Position numbers and translations under genes: made by a program
Notes under the pieces: model-generated
Database searches by the model: none
The model's input: only the letters and a program-made list of their open reading frames with translations
Told to the model about the DNA's origin: nothing
Part shown: positions 25,341 to 34,858 of the stretch, piece after piece
How the letters are laid out: each line of letters opens with the position of its first letter
Numbering within the stretch: the stretch's first letter is position 1
NCBI GenBank assembly: GCA_964543955.1
Contig: CAZJBN010000006.1
Location: 3,949 to 67,948 of the forward strand
From: an uncultured Bifidobacteriaceae bacterium
GTDB lineage: Bacteria; Acidobacteriota; Vicinamibacteria; Vicinamibacterales; UBA2999
Direction of reading: 5' to 3'
DNA length: 64,000 nucleotides

Positions 25341-25952
25341 TCAGTGCTTCTTTCGCCGTCGGCGGCGGCCGCCCGGGCCGTTGCCCTGTTCACGCGCTCC
25401 GAACCGCATCGGACCGCCGGAATCGTGCCCCGGTGACGGCCGCCTGCGGAAGCGGCCGCCGCCACGCTTCCCGCGGGGATTGACCGGCTGGTGCATCGTG
25501 AATTCGGGGATGGCGCGCGGCGGAGGAGGCTGGCCTTCGGGTCGCGGCAATTGGGCGCGAATCAGGGACCTACGGAACGGCCGGTCTTCCGCGCCCTCCG
25601 CGGCCGCAGCGGCCGGTTCACTGGTCTCAGGGGCTTGTGGCGCCACAGTCTGGGGGGGAGCGACATCGGCCGCGGGAGGATTGGCCGGGACCGAGGTCTC
25701 CGGCGCCGCAAGGCGGCTGGCCGGCGCCTCGATGTTGTCCAGGACCTGGGTGAAGAGCGCCGCGGTCGTCCCCTTCTTGCGCTGGGCCGGCACGCGCGCA
25801 TTCTTGAACTCGTGTTCCGCCTCACACACGACACATCGCGTGCGTTGGACGTCATCGTCGACCATCGCCACTACGGCATGGTCCGTTATGCGACGCTCGC
25901 GCGGACAGTAATCGTCGAGCACGTCGCCAGGTCGATACTGGCGTTGCTGCAT
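25341..25952 (-). CDS. small zinc-ribbon-like protein with long disordered Pro/Ala region and Arg/Gly-rich basic tail
   Basis: ORF 25341..25952(-) has YCPRERRITDH...RCVVCEAEHEF (C, H, CxxC). The C-terminus is GKRGGGRFRRRPSPG...GPGGRRRRRKKH. Confidence 0.6.
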   Translation of the reverse strand: MQQRQYRPGDVLDDYCPRERRITDHAVVAMVDDDVQRTRCVVCEAEHEFKNARVPAQRKKGTTAALFTQVLDNIEAPASRLAAPETSVPANPPAADVAPPQTVAPQAPETSEPAAAAAEGAEDRPFRRSLIRAQLPRPEGQPPPPRAIPEFTMHQPVNPRGKRGGGRFRRRPSPGHDSGGPMRFGAREQGNGPGGRRRRRKKH

Positions 25953-26057
25953 GCAACTCCCCCGAAAAGCTCTACAGGCCCGTCAAGAGCATCAGCGCAG
26001 GGTGGGAAGCTCAGGCCTGAACGGTCGGTAGACCGCAGGGCGCAGGGCAAAGGGAGT

Positions 26058-27470
26058 TTAACAGAGGTCGGGCTCCCGGGCAACTGGCGGTTGAAGCGAC
26101 CCCAGCCAGCCCCTCAGACTGGCGAGACGAGACGCCACGGCTTCCGGATGCGTCGATTGTGGCGTGCGGCGTGCCGCGACCGATGCCGATGCCGTGACCC
26201 TGGACGTGACATCTTCGGCAAAGAGCGGATGGAAGACCTGCCACTCCGGCAGGCTCAGGTCTTCGATGGCCCGGCCATCCTGCAGCAGCTGGCGCACCAT
26301 GGCGCCCACGACCTCATGCGCCTGCCGGAACGGCACGCCGCGCCCCACGAGGTAGTCGGCGACGTCGGTGGCGAGCAGGAGGCCGGAGGCCGCGCGCGTG
26401 GTCCGCACCCGATTCAGCGACAGACGCGACACGACGGAGGCCGTGGCGTCGAGCGACACGCCGAGCGTGTCCTCCGCGTCGAAGAGCGGCTCCTTGTCTT
26501 CCTGCAGGTCCTTGTTGTACCCGGTCGGCAGCCCTTTCATGGTCGCCAGGAAACCGGTGAGGTGACCGATGCTGCGGCCGGCCTTCCCGCGCACGAGCTC
26601 CAGGGGATCCGGATTCTTCTTCTGCGGCATCATGCTGCTGCCCGTCGCCGTCTGGTCCGACAGCTCGAAGTACCCGAACTCTTCGCTCGTGAAGAGGATG
26701 AAGTCCTCGGCGATGCGGGACAGGTGCACCATCGCGAGCGAGACCGCGTAGAGGAAGGTGGCCGCGAAGTCGCGATCGGAAGAGGCGTCCATGCTGTTGA
26801 GCACGACACGCGAGAACCCCAGTTCGCGCGCGAGCGACGCGGTGTCCACGGCGTAACCGGTGCCGGCAATCGCGCCGGAGCCGAGCGGAAGGGCATCGGC
26901 TTCGTCGCGCGCGCGGGACAGCCGATCGTGATCGCGCTGAAGCGCGACGGCGTGGCTCAGCAGGAAGTGCGAGACGAGCACCGGCATCGCGCGACGAAGG
27001 TGCGTGTAGGAAGGCATCAGTGCGGCCTCCGCGCGCTCGGCCTGGTCGGCGAAGGCCGCGATCGTGCGGGCGAGCCTGGCCTGGAGCAGGGGAATGCGAC
27101 GCCGCAGATAGAGCCGGAGATCGACCGAGACCTGTTCGTTCCTCGACCGGCCCGTGTGCAGCCGGCGGCCGGCGTCGCCGATGCGCGCGACCAGCTGACG
27201 CTCGACGAACGCGTGAACGTCCTCGTCCGGTCCGGCGATCCACGCGGGATCCGCCTTCCCCTGCTCGAGGATCGCGGTCAGTCCGTCGCGAATCGCGAGG
27301 GCGTCGGCCTCGTCGAGCACGCCGGCCTCGTTCAGCGCGCGGGCCCACGCCAGGCTGCCCGTCACGTCGTCTTCGAAGAGGCGGCGATCGAACGGAAAGG
27401 AAATGCCGAAGTCGAAAGCGGCCGGGTCGGGCGTCGAATCGAATCGACCCGACCAGAGATGCTGAGTCAT
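26058..27470 (-). CDS. argH: argininosuccinate lyase
   Basis: ORF 26058..27470(-) has LWSGRFDS and the fumarate-lyase signature GSSMMPQKKNPD. Confidence 0.95.
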   Translation of the reverse strand: MTQHLWSGRFDSTPDPAAFDFGISFPFDRRLFEDDVTGSLAWARALNEAGVLDEADALAIRDGLTAILEQGKADPAWIAGPDEDVHAFVERQLVARIGDAGRRLHTGRSRNEQVSVDLRLYLRRRIPLLQARLARTIAAFADQAERAEAALMPSYTHLRRAMPVLVSHFLLSHAVALQRDHDRLSRARDEADALPLGSGAIAGTGYAVDTASLARELGFSRVVLNSMDASSDRDFAATFLYAVSLAMVHLSRIAEDFILFTSEEFGYFELSDQTATGSSMMPQKKNPDPLELVRGKAGRSIGHLTGFLATMKGLPTGYNKDLQEDKEPLFDAEDTLGVSLDATASVVSRLSLNRVRTTRAASGLLLATDVADYLVGRGVPFRQAHEVVGAMVRQLLQDGRAIEDLSLPEWQVFHPLFAEDVTSRVTASASVAARRTPQSTHPEAVASRLASLRGWLGSLQPPVAREPDLC

Positions 27471-27552
27471 GGGACCTGACGGATGAACGAGTTAGGATGC
27501 CGCTCGCGCGCGGGCGACAGCCTTCCGATCATACTGCGCAGCCCGAAGGCCG

Positions 27553-28017
27553 TCATCGAGGCTCCTTGCCCGATAGCTGGTTCAGCGTCTTCGCGACCGC
27601 CTGCGCGCGCCGCGCGTCGCGCGCGATCACGAGGATGGTGTCGTCGCCGGCAATCGTGCCGACCACACCTGGCAGGCGCGTCCGGTCGATGGCAAGACCC
27701 AGCAGCTGGGCCTGCCCCGGCCCGGTCCGCAGCACGATGAGCTGCTGCACGGGCTCGGCACGTGCGAGGTACTCGGTGGCCGCGCGCGACAGCTGGGCCA
27801 TGGCCGACGCCGCTTCGGGCACGGCTTCGGCGTCCGCGGGCTGATACGCGCCGTCCGACGCTCGCTTGGCAAGGCCGATCTCCTTGATGTCCCTCGACAA
27901 GGTCGCTTGCGTGACGACGAAGCCCCGCGCGGCCAGCCGCAGCCTCAACTGCTCCTGACTCCGGATGGCTTCGTGCTCGACGAGATCCCTGATGGCCGCA
28001 AGGCGCCGTGGCTTCAT
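27553..28017 (-). CDS. argR: arginine repressor
   Basis: ORF 27553..28017(-) has an N-terminal wHTH (IRSQEQLRLRLAARGFVVTQATLSRDIKEIGL) and a C-terminal GTIAGDDTILVI oligomerisation/arginine-binding motif. Confidence 0.9.
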   Translation of the reverse strand: MKPRRLAAIRDLVEHEAIRSQEQLRLRLAARGFVVTQATLSRDIKEIGLAKRASDGAYQPADAEAVPEAASAMAQLSRAATEYLARAEPVQQLIVLRTGPGQAQLLGLAIDRTRLPGVVGTIAGDDTILVIARDARRAQAVAKTLNQLSGKEPR

Positions 28018-28086
28018 GACAAGTGATAATTATGCGTCCGCGCGCATGAATATACATCGATTCGTCGATTGTTTACACCCGATTCG

Positions 28087-28115
28087 TTGACACGAATGAG
28101 CCGGTCCTGTATAAA
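28087..28115 (+). promoter_or_regulatory. sigma-70-type promoter for argCBDJF: TTGACA-N17-TATAAA
   Basis: TTGACA is at 28087-28092, followed by an exact 17-nt spacer and TATAAA at 28110-28115, 54 nt upstream of the argC GTG. It overlaps the inverted repeat ATTCGT-N4-ACGAAT (28082-28097) within a 151-bp AT-richer argR/argC intergenic region. Confidence 0.55.
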
Positions 28116-28168
28116 TATTCCTTCCTGGCGCCGGCCAGCAGGCAGCGACACGCACCACGGAGATCGAC

Positions 28169-29215
28169 GTGACGGACGAGACCAGGGCGGCAGCGGGTGA
28201 GATGGCCGATCGCGAGCACGAGGCGCCCGTGCGGGTCGGCATTGCCGGCGCGACCGGGTATGCCGGACAGGAGCTCGTGCGCATCCTTGCCCGCCATCCG
28301 CACGCGCACCTGACGATCGCCACGGCCTCGCAGGCCACCAGCACGCCGCGGCCGCTGCCCGCGCTCGCGCGGATCTGGGACGGCGACGTGCGGCCGCTCG
28401 ACCTCGATGCGCTCGTCGACCAGGCCGACGTCGTCTTCCTGGCACTTCCGGAATCGGCCTCGGCCCAGGTCGCACCCACGCTGCTGGCCGCGGGGACGCG
28501 CGTCGTGGATCTGTCGGGCGCCTACAGGCTGCGCGATGACGCGTGGCGCGAGCGATGGTACCCGGCGACCGGGTCACTGCCGGACGGCGTCGCCTACGGG
28601 TTGACGGAGTTCGAGGCGGCGTCGATTCGCGATGCCCGCCTGGTCGCCAATCCGGGCTGTTACCCGACCGCTTCGCTCCTGGCCCTGCTGCCGCTCGCCC
28701 GGGCGGGCCTCCTCCCGATGGACACCGCGATTGTCATCGACGCCAAGTCGGGCATCTCTGGCGCGGGGAAAGCGCCGTCCGATCGCACGCATTTCTCCGA
28801 GAATCACGGCAGCGTGTCGGCCTACGCGGCGTTCGGACACCGCCACACGCCGGAGATGGAGCAGGCGCTCGGTCGATCGGTGACCTTTGTGCCCCACCTG
28901 GTGCCTCTCGATCGCGGGATTCTCGCGAGCGTGTACGCCACGCTCGTGCCGGGCGCGACGGCCATAGCGGTCGCCGCCGCCTTCGATCGCGCGTATGGGT
29001 CGGCGCCGTTCGTCCGCCTGACCGGCGATGCGCTGCCGGAGATCAAGCACGTCGCGCACACCAACTTCTGCGACATCGGCTGGAAGGTCGACGAGTCCGG
29101 CAGGCGCGTCTTCGTCGTCAGCGTCATCGACAACCTCGGCAAGGGCGCCGCGGGACAGGCCGTCCAGAACTTCAACGTGATGCAGGGGCTCGACGAGCGG
29201 ACGGGCCTGTTGTGA
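28169..29215 (+). CDS. argC: N-acetyl-gamma-glutamyl-phosphate reductase
   Basis: ORF 28169..29215(+) has GATGYAGQELVRIL and the active-site motif NPGCYPTA. Confidence 0.95.
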   Translation: MTDETRAAAGEMADREHEAPVRVGIAGATGYAGQELVRILARHPHAHLTIATASQATSTPRPLPALARIWDGDVRPLDLDALVDQADVVFLALPESASAQVAPTLLAAGTRVVDLSGAYRLRDDAWRERWYPATGSLPDGVAYGLTEFEAASIRDARLVANPGCYPTASLLALLPLARAGLLPMDTAIVIDAKSGISGAGKAPSDRTHFSENHGSVSAYAAFGHRHTPEMEQALGRSVTFVPHLVPLDRGILASVYATLVPGATAIAVAAAFDRAYGSAPFVRLTGDALPEIKHVAHTNFCDIGWKVDESGRRVFVVSVIDNLGKGAAGQAVQNFNVMQGLDERTGLL

Positions 29216-30027
29216 AGACGACGCTCGTCAAGCTGGGTGGGGAGCTGCTCGAGAACGACGCGAAGCTGGCGTCGATGGGCCGCGTGCTCGCACAGGCGTC
29301 ACAGGCCGGTCCGCTCGTGGTCGTCCACGGCGGCGGCCGTGAGATCGATGCGGCGCTGGCCGCGGCCGGCCTCCCCAGGCGCCAGGTCGACGGTCTGCGC
29401 GTGACCGACAGCCACACGCTCGGCGTGGTTGTCGGCGTGCTGGCGGGCCTCGTCAACACGCGCCTCGTGGCCGCCATCAACGCGGCCGGGGGGCGTGCCG
29501 TCGGCCTGACGGGCGCGGACGCCGAGGTCGCTCCCCTGCGCAAGGCCGCGCCACATCGTGCGACGACCGGCGAAGTGGTCGACCTCGGCCTGGTCGGCGA
29601 GCCGACGAAGGCCAGGTCGCCTGCCCTTCTCGAGGTCCTCACCAGGCGGGCGTTCCTGCCTGTCGTCGCGTGCATCGGCGCCGCGAAGAACGGGCAGCTC
29701 TACAACGTCAATGCCGACACCCTTGCCGGCAGTCTCGCCGCCCGGCTTGACGTCCGCCACCTGATCATCGCGGGCGGCACGGCAGGCGTCCTCGACGAAG
29801 AAGGCCGCACGCTCCCCGTGCTCGACTCGAAAGAGATCAGGGCGCTCGTGCGGTCCGGCACCGCCAGCGCCGGCATGGTCGCCAAGCTCCGGGCGTGCGA
29901 GGCCGCGGCCCGAAGCGGCGTCCGGCACGTCACCATCGTCGATGGCCGCAACCCTCGAGCGCTCGGTCGTGCCATCGCCGACCGGGGGGCCATGACGGGA
30001 CTCGAAGGAACACGGATCACCGCATGA
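29212..30027 (+). CDS. argB: acetylglutamate kinase
   Basis: GTG 29212 (GTGA overlap with the argC stop) lies within ORF 28543..30027(+). The product has VKTTLVKLGGELL, VVVHGGGREID and YNVNADTLAG. Confidence 0.9.
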   Translation: MKTTLVKLGGELLENDAKLASMGRVLAQASQAGPLVVVHGGGREIDAALAAAGLPRRQVDGLRVTDSHTLGVVVGVLAGLVNTRLVAAINAAGGRAVGLTGADAEVAPLRKAAPHRATTGEVVDLGLVGEPTKARSPALLEVLTRRAFLPVVACIGAAKNGQLYNVNADTLAGSLAARLDVRHLIIAGGTAGVLDEEGRTLPVLDSKEIRALVRSGTASAGMVAKLRACEAAARSGVRHVTIVDGRNPRALGRAIADRGAMTGLEGTRITA

Positions 30028-31253
30028 CAACGACAACCGAACACGTGCAGGCTCTCGAAGCACGCCACGTCCTGCAGACCTACAAACGGCAGCCGCTTGT
30101 CTTCGTTCGCGGCCAGGGCACGCGACTCTTCGATGCCGAGGGGCGGAGCTATCTCGACTTCCTCTCCGGCATCGGCGTGGTCGTGCTGGGACACGCGCAC
30201 CCGCGTCTGACGGCGGTCATCGCCGAACAGGCGGCGACGCTCATCCAGACGTCCAACCTGTACTACCATCCGCTCCAGGGCCAACTGGCGGCACGACTGG
30301 CGGCCCTCTCCGGCCTGCAGCGCGCGTTCTTCTGCAACAGCGGCGCGGAGGCGGTCGAGGCGTGCCTGAAGTTCGCCCGCCGCTACTGGTTCTCGCAGGG
30401 CGTGAAGCATCGGACAGGATTCGTGGCGCTCGAGCACGGGTTCTCGGGCCGCACGTTGGGTGCGCTCTCGGTGACCTCCAACCCGCACTACCGCGAACCC
30501 TTCGAGCCGCTCGTGCCTGGCGTGACCTTCGTGGCGCCCGACGACGTGCAGGGTCTCGAAGCCGCGGTGACCGACCGCACGGCCGCGGTCATCGCCGAGC
30601 CCATCCAGGGAGAGGGCGGCGTGCACCCGCTCTCGCCAGGGTTTGCCTCGGCCCTGGCCCGCGTGACCAGGGCGACAGGAACGCTCCTCATCGCCGACGA
30701 GATCCAGTCCGGCCTTGGCCGAACGGGCGACGCGTTTGCCCACCAGGCCTTCGGGTGGACGCCGGATCTCATCGCGGTGGGCAAGGCAATTGGCTCCGGC
30801 GTGCCGGTCGGCGCGGCGCTCGTGGCCGAGCACGTCGCGCAGCAGATCTTCGCCGGCGATCATGGGACGACCTATGGCGGCAACCTCCTCGCCATGCGGT
30901 CGGCACTCACGGTCATCGAGGAGCTCACCGGGACCACCGAGGCTGTCCCGTACGACGGGGGAGGCGTCATCGGACACGTGCGCGAGGTGGGGCCGTACTT
31001 CGGCCAGCAGCTCGAGTCCCTTCGCGCCCGGCACGCATCCGTCACATCGGTCAGGGGGGCGGGAGTCATGCGCGGGCTGGAACTCGCCATCGACGCGCAG
31101 CCCGTCGTCGACAGCGCCCGGAGCGCGGGCCTCATCGTGAACCGAACGGCGGAGCGCGTGGTCCGGATGCTGCCGCCGTTCACGGTGACGACTGCCGAGA
31201 TCGAGGAGGCGGTGGCGATTCTGGATCGAGTGTTGTCGGAGGTCGACGGATGA
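30024..31253 (+). CDS. argD: acetylornithine aminotransferase
   Basis: ATG 30024 (ATGA overlap with the argB stop) lies within ORF 29895..31253(+). The product has ADEIQSGLGRTG and PDLIAVGKAIGSG (PLP Lys). Confidence 0.9.
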   Translation: MTTTTEHVQALEARHVLQTYKRQPLVFVRGQGTRLFDAEGRSYLDFLSGIGVVVLGHAHPRLTAVIAEQAATLIQTSNLYYHPLQGQLAARLAALSGLQRAFFCNSGAEAVEACLKFARRYWFSQGVKHRTGFVALEHGFSGRTLGALSVTSNPHYREPFEPLVPGVTFVAPDDVQGLEAAVTDRTAAVIAEPIQGEGGVHPLSPGFASALARVTRATGTLLIADEIQSGLGRTGDAFAHQAFGWTPDLIAVGKAIGSGVPVGAALVAEHVAQQIFAGDHGTTYGGNLLAMRSALTVIEELTGTTEAVPYDGGGVIGHVREVGPYFGQQLESLRARHASVTSVRGAGVMRGLELAIDAQPVVDSARSAGLIVNRTAERVVRMLPPFTVTTAEIEEAVAILDRVLSEVDG

Positions 31254-31313
31254 GCACGCGGATCGTCGTCGACAACCGCCGGGTGCTCCGATCCGCGCCG
31301 GGGGCGGCACCGC

Positions 31314-32522
31314 ATGCCCTGTAGCCGAATCGCGGGAGGCGTGACGGCCCCGGAAGGATTTCGCGCGAGCGGCGTGCACTGCGGCATCAAGGCCAGCGGC
31401 AAACCAGACCTCTCGCTGCTCGTCTCCGACCTGCCGTGCACCGCGGCCGGTCTCTTCACGCTGAACCTCGCGAAGGCCGCGCCGGTGCTGGTCAGCCAGG
31501 AGCATCTGAGTCGAAGCGGCGGGCACGCCCAGGCCATCGTCACCAACAGCGGATGTGCCAACGCCTGCACGGGCCCGCAGGGGCTTGCCGACGCGCAGGA
31601 GATGACGGCGCTTGCCGCGGCAAGCGTGGGATGCCCGGTCGACCACGCGCTCGTGGCGTCGACCGGCGTCATCGGAGTGAACCTCCAGATGGACGCCGTC
31701 CGATCCGGCGTGCCGCGTGCCAGTGCCGGCCTCTCGACCGACGGGGGACGCGCGGCGGCGGTCGCCATCATGACGACGGATCCCTTCCCCAAGGAGGCCG
31801 CCGTCCAGGTGGCGACCGACGTCGGCGCATTCCGTGTGGGCGGCATGGCCAAGGGCTCCGGCATGATCGAGCCGCGCATGGCCACCATGCTCGGCTACCT
31901 CACGACGGACGCGGCGGTGGATCCGGCGATGCTGTACCGTGCGCTCTCGGATGCGTCTCGCCACACGTTCAATGCCATCACGGTCGACGGCGAGCCCTCG
32001 ACCAACGACTGCGTCTTCGCCCTCGCGAACGGCGCGAGCGGTGTCGTCATCGACGAAACGCTGTACCCGACGCTCGTCGAGGGCTTCCGGGCCGTGGCTC
32101 ACGAACTGGCGATCGCCATCGTTCGCGGCGGGGAGGGCGCAACGAAGGTCGCCGCCGTCACGGTCACCGGAGCGGCCTCGGACGCCGACGCATGGACGGC
32201 CGCTCGCGCCATCGCGAACTCGCCTCTGGTGAAGACCGCTCTCCACGGCGCGGATCCGAACTGGGGACGGCTCGTGGCCGCCGCGGGGCGGTCCGGAGCT
32301 GCCTTCGTGCTCGACCGCTCGCACGTCCGGATTGGCGATCTCGTGCTCTTCGCGGACGGACGACCATTCGACGATCGCGCGCCGGCGGCTGCCGACTACC
32401 TGGCGGGCACCAATCTCGACATCGAAGTGAACCTGGGGACGAACGGCACCTGTGAAGCCACCGTGTGGACCTGCGACCTGTCGGCGGAGTATGTCCGGAT
32501 CAACGCGGACTACCGCACCTAG
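31314..32522 (+). CDS. argJ: bifunctional ornithine acetyltransferase / N-acetylglutamate synthase
   Basis: ORF 31314..32522(+) has GVTAPEGFRASGVHCGIK and the autoprocessing site context PRMATMLGYLTTDA. Confidence 0.9.
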   Translation: MPCSRIAGGVTAPEGFRASGVHCGIKASGKPDLSLLVSDLPCTAAGLFTLNLAKAAPVLVSQEHLSRSGGHAQAIVTNSGCANACTGPQGLADAQEMTALAAASVGCPVDHALVASTGVIGVNLQMDAVRSGVPRASAGLSTDGGRAAAVAIMTTDPFPKEAAVQVATDVGAFRVGGMAKGSGMIEPRMATMLGYLTTDAAVDPAMLYRALSDASRHTFNAITVDGEPSTNDCVFALANGASGVVIDETLYPTLVEGFRAVAHELAIAIVRGGEGATKVAAVTVTGAASDADAWTAARAIANSPLVKTALHGADPNWGRLVAAAGRSGAAFVLDRSHVRIGDLVLFADGRPFDDRAPAAADYLAGTNLDIEVNLGTNGTCEATVWTCDLSAEYVRINADYRT

Positions 32523-32567
32523 TCCAGCGGCCTCCTCCAGGACGACGATCACCCGGAAGGGACAACC

Positions 32568-33512
32568 GTGACGAAGAACTTCCTGTCAGTTCTGGATCTG
32601 ACGCCCACCGAGCTGCGATCGACCATCGAGCTGGCGATCCAGATGAAGGCCGACCGCCGGCTCGGGCCGAAGGCGCCAACCGCACAGACGCTGGCCGGCC
32701 GTCACGTCGGCCTGCTCTTCGAGAAGCCCTCCCTCCGGACGCGCGTCACCTTTACCATTGGCGTCCGCGAACTGGGAGGTGACATCGTCGAGATCCCGGC
32801 CGACGTCATGCACGCCGACCGCGAGCCGCTCGATGACGTGGCGCGCAACCTCGAGCGATGGATGGACGCTGCCGTGATCCGGACCTTCGCACAGGAGCGG
32901 CTGGTCGAGATCGCGCAGACGACGCCGCGGCTGAGGGTCGTCAACGCACTGACCAACGAGGAGCACCCGTGCCAGGCACTGGCCGACATGCTCACCCTGG
33001 CCGAACGGTGGAATGGACGGTTCGAAGGGCGCCGCCTCGCATTCGTCGGCGACGGCAACAACGTGTGCACCTCTCTCGTGCACGCGGCGATGATGCTGGG
33101 AGCCTCGGTTCACGTCGCAACCCCCAGGCAGTACGAGCTCCCCGACGAAGTGGTCGATCAGGCTGCCGAGGTCTCGCAGCACGGTGCGGGGCTGACCGAG
33201 TTCACCGACCCGAAGGCAGCCGTCCGCGACGTCGATGCGGTCTACACCGACGTGTGGACGTCCATGGGCCAGGAAGTCGAATATGCCGAACGCCACCGCA
33301 AGTTCGCGCGGTACCAGGTGACCGCGGCGCTCATGGCGCTGGCCAGACCTGACGCCGCGTTCATGCACTGCCTGCCGGCGCACCGCGGCGAGGAGGTCAC
33401 CGATGAAGTGATCGAGTCGCCCGCGTCGGTCGTCTTCGATCAGGCGGAGAATCGGCTGCACGCACAAAAGGCGCTGCTGGTCACCCTGGCGCGATCGGCC
33501 CGCCCCGTCTAG
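32568..33512 (+). CDS. argF: ornithine carbamoyltransferase
   Basis: ORF 32568..33512(+) has the motifs SLRTR, HPCQALAD, DVWTSMG and HCLPAHRGEE. Confidence 0.9.
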   Translation: MTKNFLSVLDLTPTELRSTIELAIQMKADRRLGPKAPTAQTLAGRHVGLLFEKPSLRTRVTFTIGVRELGGDIVEIPADVMHADREPLDDVARNLERWMDAAVIRTFAQERLVEIAQTTPRLRVVNALTNEEHPCQALADMLTLAERWNGRFEGRRLAFVGDGNNVCTSLVHAAMMLGASVHVATPRQYELPDEVVDQAAEVSQHGAGLTEFTDPKAAVRDVDAVYTDVWTSMGQEVEYAERHRKFARYQVTAALMALARPDAAFMHCLPAHRGEEVTDEVIESPASVVFDQAENRLHAQKALLVTLARSARPV

Positions 33513-34753
33513 CGGACGCGGCGCGCGCGGATCAGCACGTCGATCCCGCCAGGCCGGTTGTTCTCGAAGGCGAGCCGCTGTCGGCCGTCGGCATCCTCGG
33601 AGATGGTGCCTGGTACCGCACTGGCGACGACCGTCCACCCGGCTGGCAGCAGAACCGTGTTGCGAGGGCGCCCGAACGAACGCTCCCAGACCAGTTCGTC
33701 GCCGTCCAACCGGTACCGTCCAGGATCGGCGTAGGTCTCAGAGATGCGCAGCCGCGTCGATCCGCCAGCCTTCACGGACGGAAACGTCACCACGACGACG
33801 TCGTTGCCAGGTGCAACCGGCTGACCCGGGTCGAGATTCCGTGCCTTCAATGCCTCGCCCGTGAGCGTCTCGACCGCGAGATCTTCGCCGGTATCGAGGT
33901 TGCGCGCCGAAGGTCGCGACACGCGGCTCCCTGGTCGGACGACATTGAAGTAGTGAGCGATACCGGGCCTTGTCTCCGTGTAGTCGTGAGAGAGGTCGAA
34001 TCGGTGGGAGCGAGGGTCGTCGAGGACGTAGACGATTTCGGGGTCCTGTCGCGCGCGCTCGATCAACATGGACGCGTGTGAGGGCGGCGTGACGAGGGCG
34101 GGCTCGCCGCGCGTGTCGGGAATCGAGGGCGTGAACCGCGCCAGTCCCGGCCGGGCTCTCACGATCAGCGGCGCCGCGGCCGGACCGGGGTTCATGAACG
34201 AGATCATCACGCGACCGTCGGTGGTCGGCAGCACCTGCGACGGCACGTTGCAGCTCACGAGGCCATAGCCGGGCGGCAGCACGATGCTGTTGCGCCGGAT
34301 GCCGAGCGCGCGATTGAACACGATCGTGTCCCCTTCGCGGTAGTAGCTCTTGTCGTCCTTGTAGGTCTTGTCGATGAGGACCCGCGCCTCGCCGTCCCTC
34401 GGAACGGGCCTCGCCAGGTGGACCTTGATCCAGTCGGTCTCGAGGTCAGCCGCGGGATGTCCCTCGGCTCTCGCCTGGGCGCCGCTCACGACTTCCCACT
34501 TCAGCGGCAGGCCCGTCGCCCGATCGGATACGCGCTCGTCTGTGGCCACGCTGCCGCGACGAATCGCGTTGAAGAAGTATGGTGCGCCGGCGCGAGTCGC
34601 GGTGACCTCGTACAGGATCCGGAACTGCCCCGTCTCAGGGGTGAGCAGCTCATATCTCGTGTAGTCGTCCTCCTGCGTCTGCGGCGGACCCTGGGCCACC
34701 GCACTCCCGAGGGCAAGGAGGACGAAGAGCGACGTCAGTCTCATGCGGCGCAT
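33509..34753 (-). CDS. secreted hypothetical protein with internal two-fold duplication
   Basis: ORF 33509..34768(-). Start taken at ATG 34753, giving the signal peptide MRRMRLTSLFVLLALGSAVAQ. The two halves share the patterns PYFFNAIRRGS / AHYFNVVRPGS and FNRALGIRRNSIVLPPGY / WERSFGRPRNTVLLPAGW. Confidence 0.65.
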   Translation of the reverse strand: MRRMRLTSLFVLLALGSAVAQGPPQTQEDDYTRYELLTPETGQFRILYEVTATRAGAPYFFNAIRRGSVATDERVSDRATGLPLKWEVVSGAQARAEGHPAADLETDWIKVHLARPVPRDGEARVLIDKTYKDDKSYYREGDTIVFNRALGIRRNSIVLPPGYGLVSCNVPSQVLPTTDGRVMISFMNPGPAAAPLIVRARPGLARFTPSIPDTRGEPALVTPPSHASMLIERARQDPEIVYVLDDPRSHRFDLSHDYTETRPGIAHYFNVVRPGSRVSRPSARNLDTGEDLAVETLTGEALKARNLDPGQPVAPGNDVVVVTFPSVKAGGSTRLRISETYADPGRYRLDGDELVWERSFGRPRNTVLLPAGWTVVASAVPGTISEDADGRQRLAFENNRPGGIDVLIRARRVR

Positions 34754-34858
34754 GATAGCGCCGAACACCGCTCAGGCCGAACGGCGCGGCCGGACGAGTG
34801 CGGGGCGCGGACGTCGACCGCGAGCCGCGTTGACAGCGCAGAACCCAGGCACCACACT

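Noticed and set aside
28045-28100. Canonical 18-bp ARG boxes for ArgR.
   Set aside because: TGAAT/ATTCG half-sites are present, but the spacings (8 nt, or inverted order with 4 nt) do not fit TGAAT-N4-ATTCA. They are reported only as ARG-box-like.
31250-31324. A 24-codon ORF (MSTRIVVDNRRVLRSAPGAAPHAL) between argD and argJ, starting with an ATGA overlap on the argD stop and ending over the argJ start.
   Set aside because: It has no RBS and no recognisable peptide features. It is the tail of a long out-of-frame shadow ORF (30362..31324) and is most likely just the 60-nt argD-argJ spacer.
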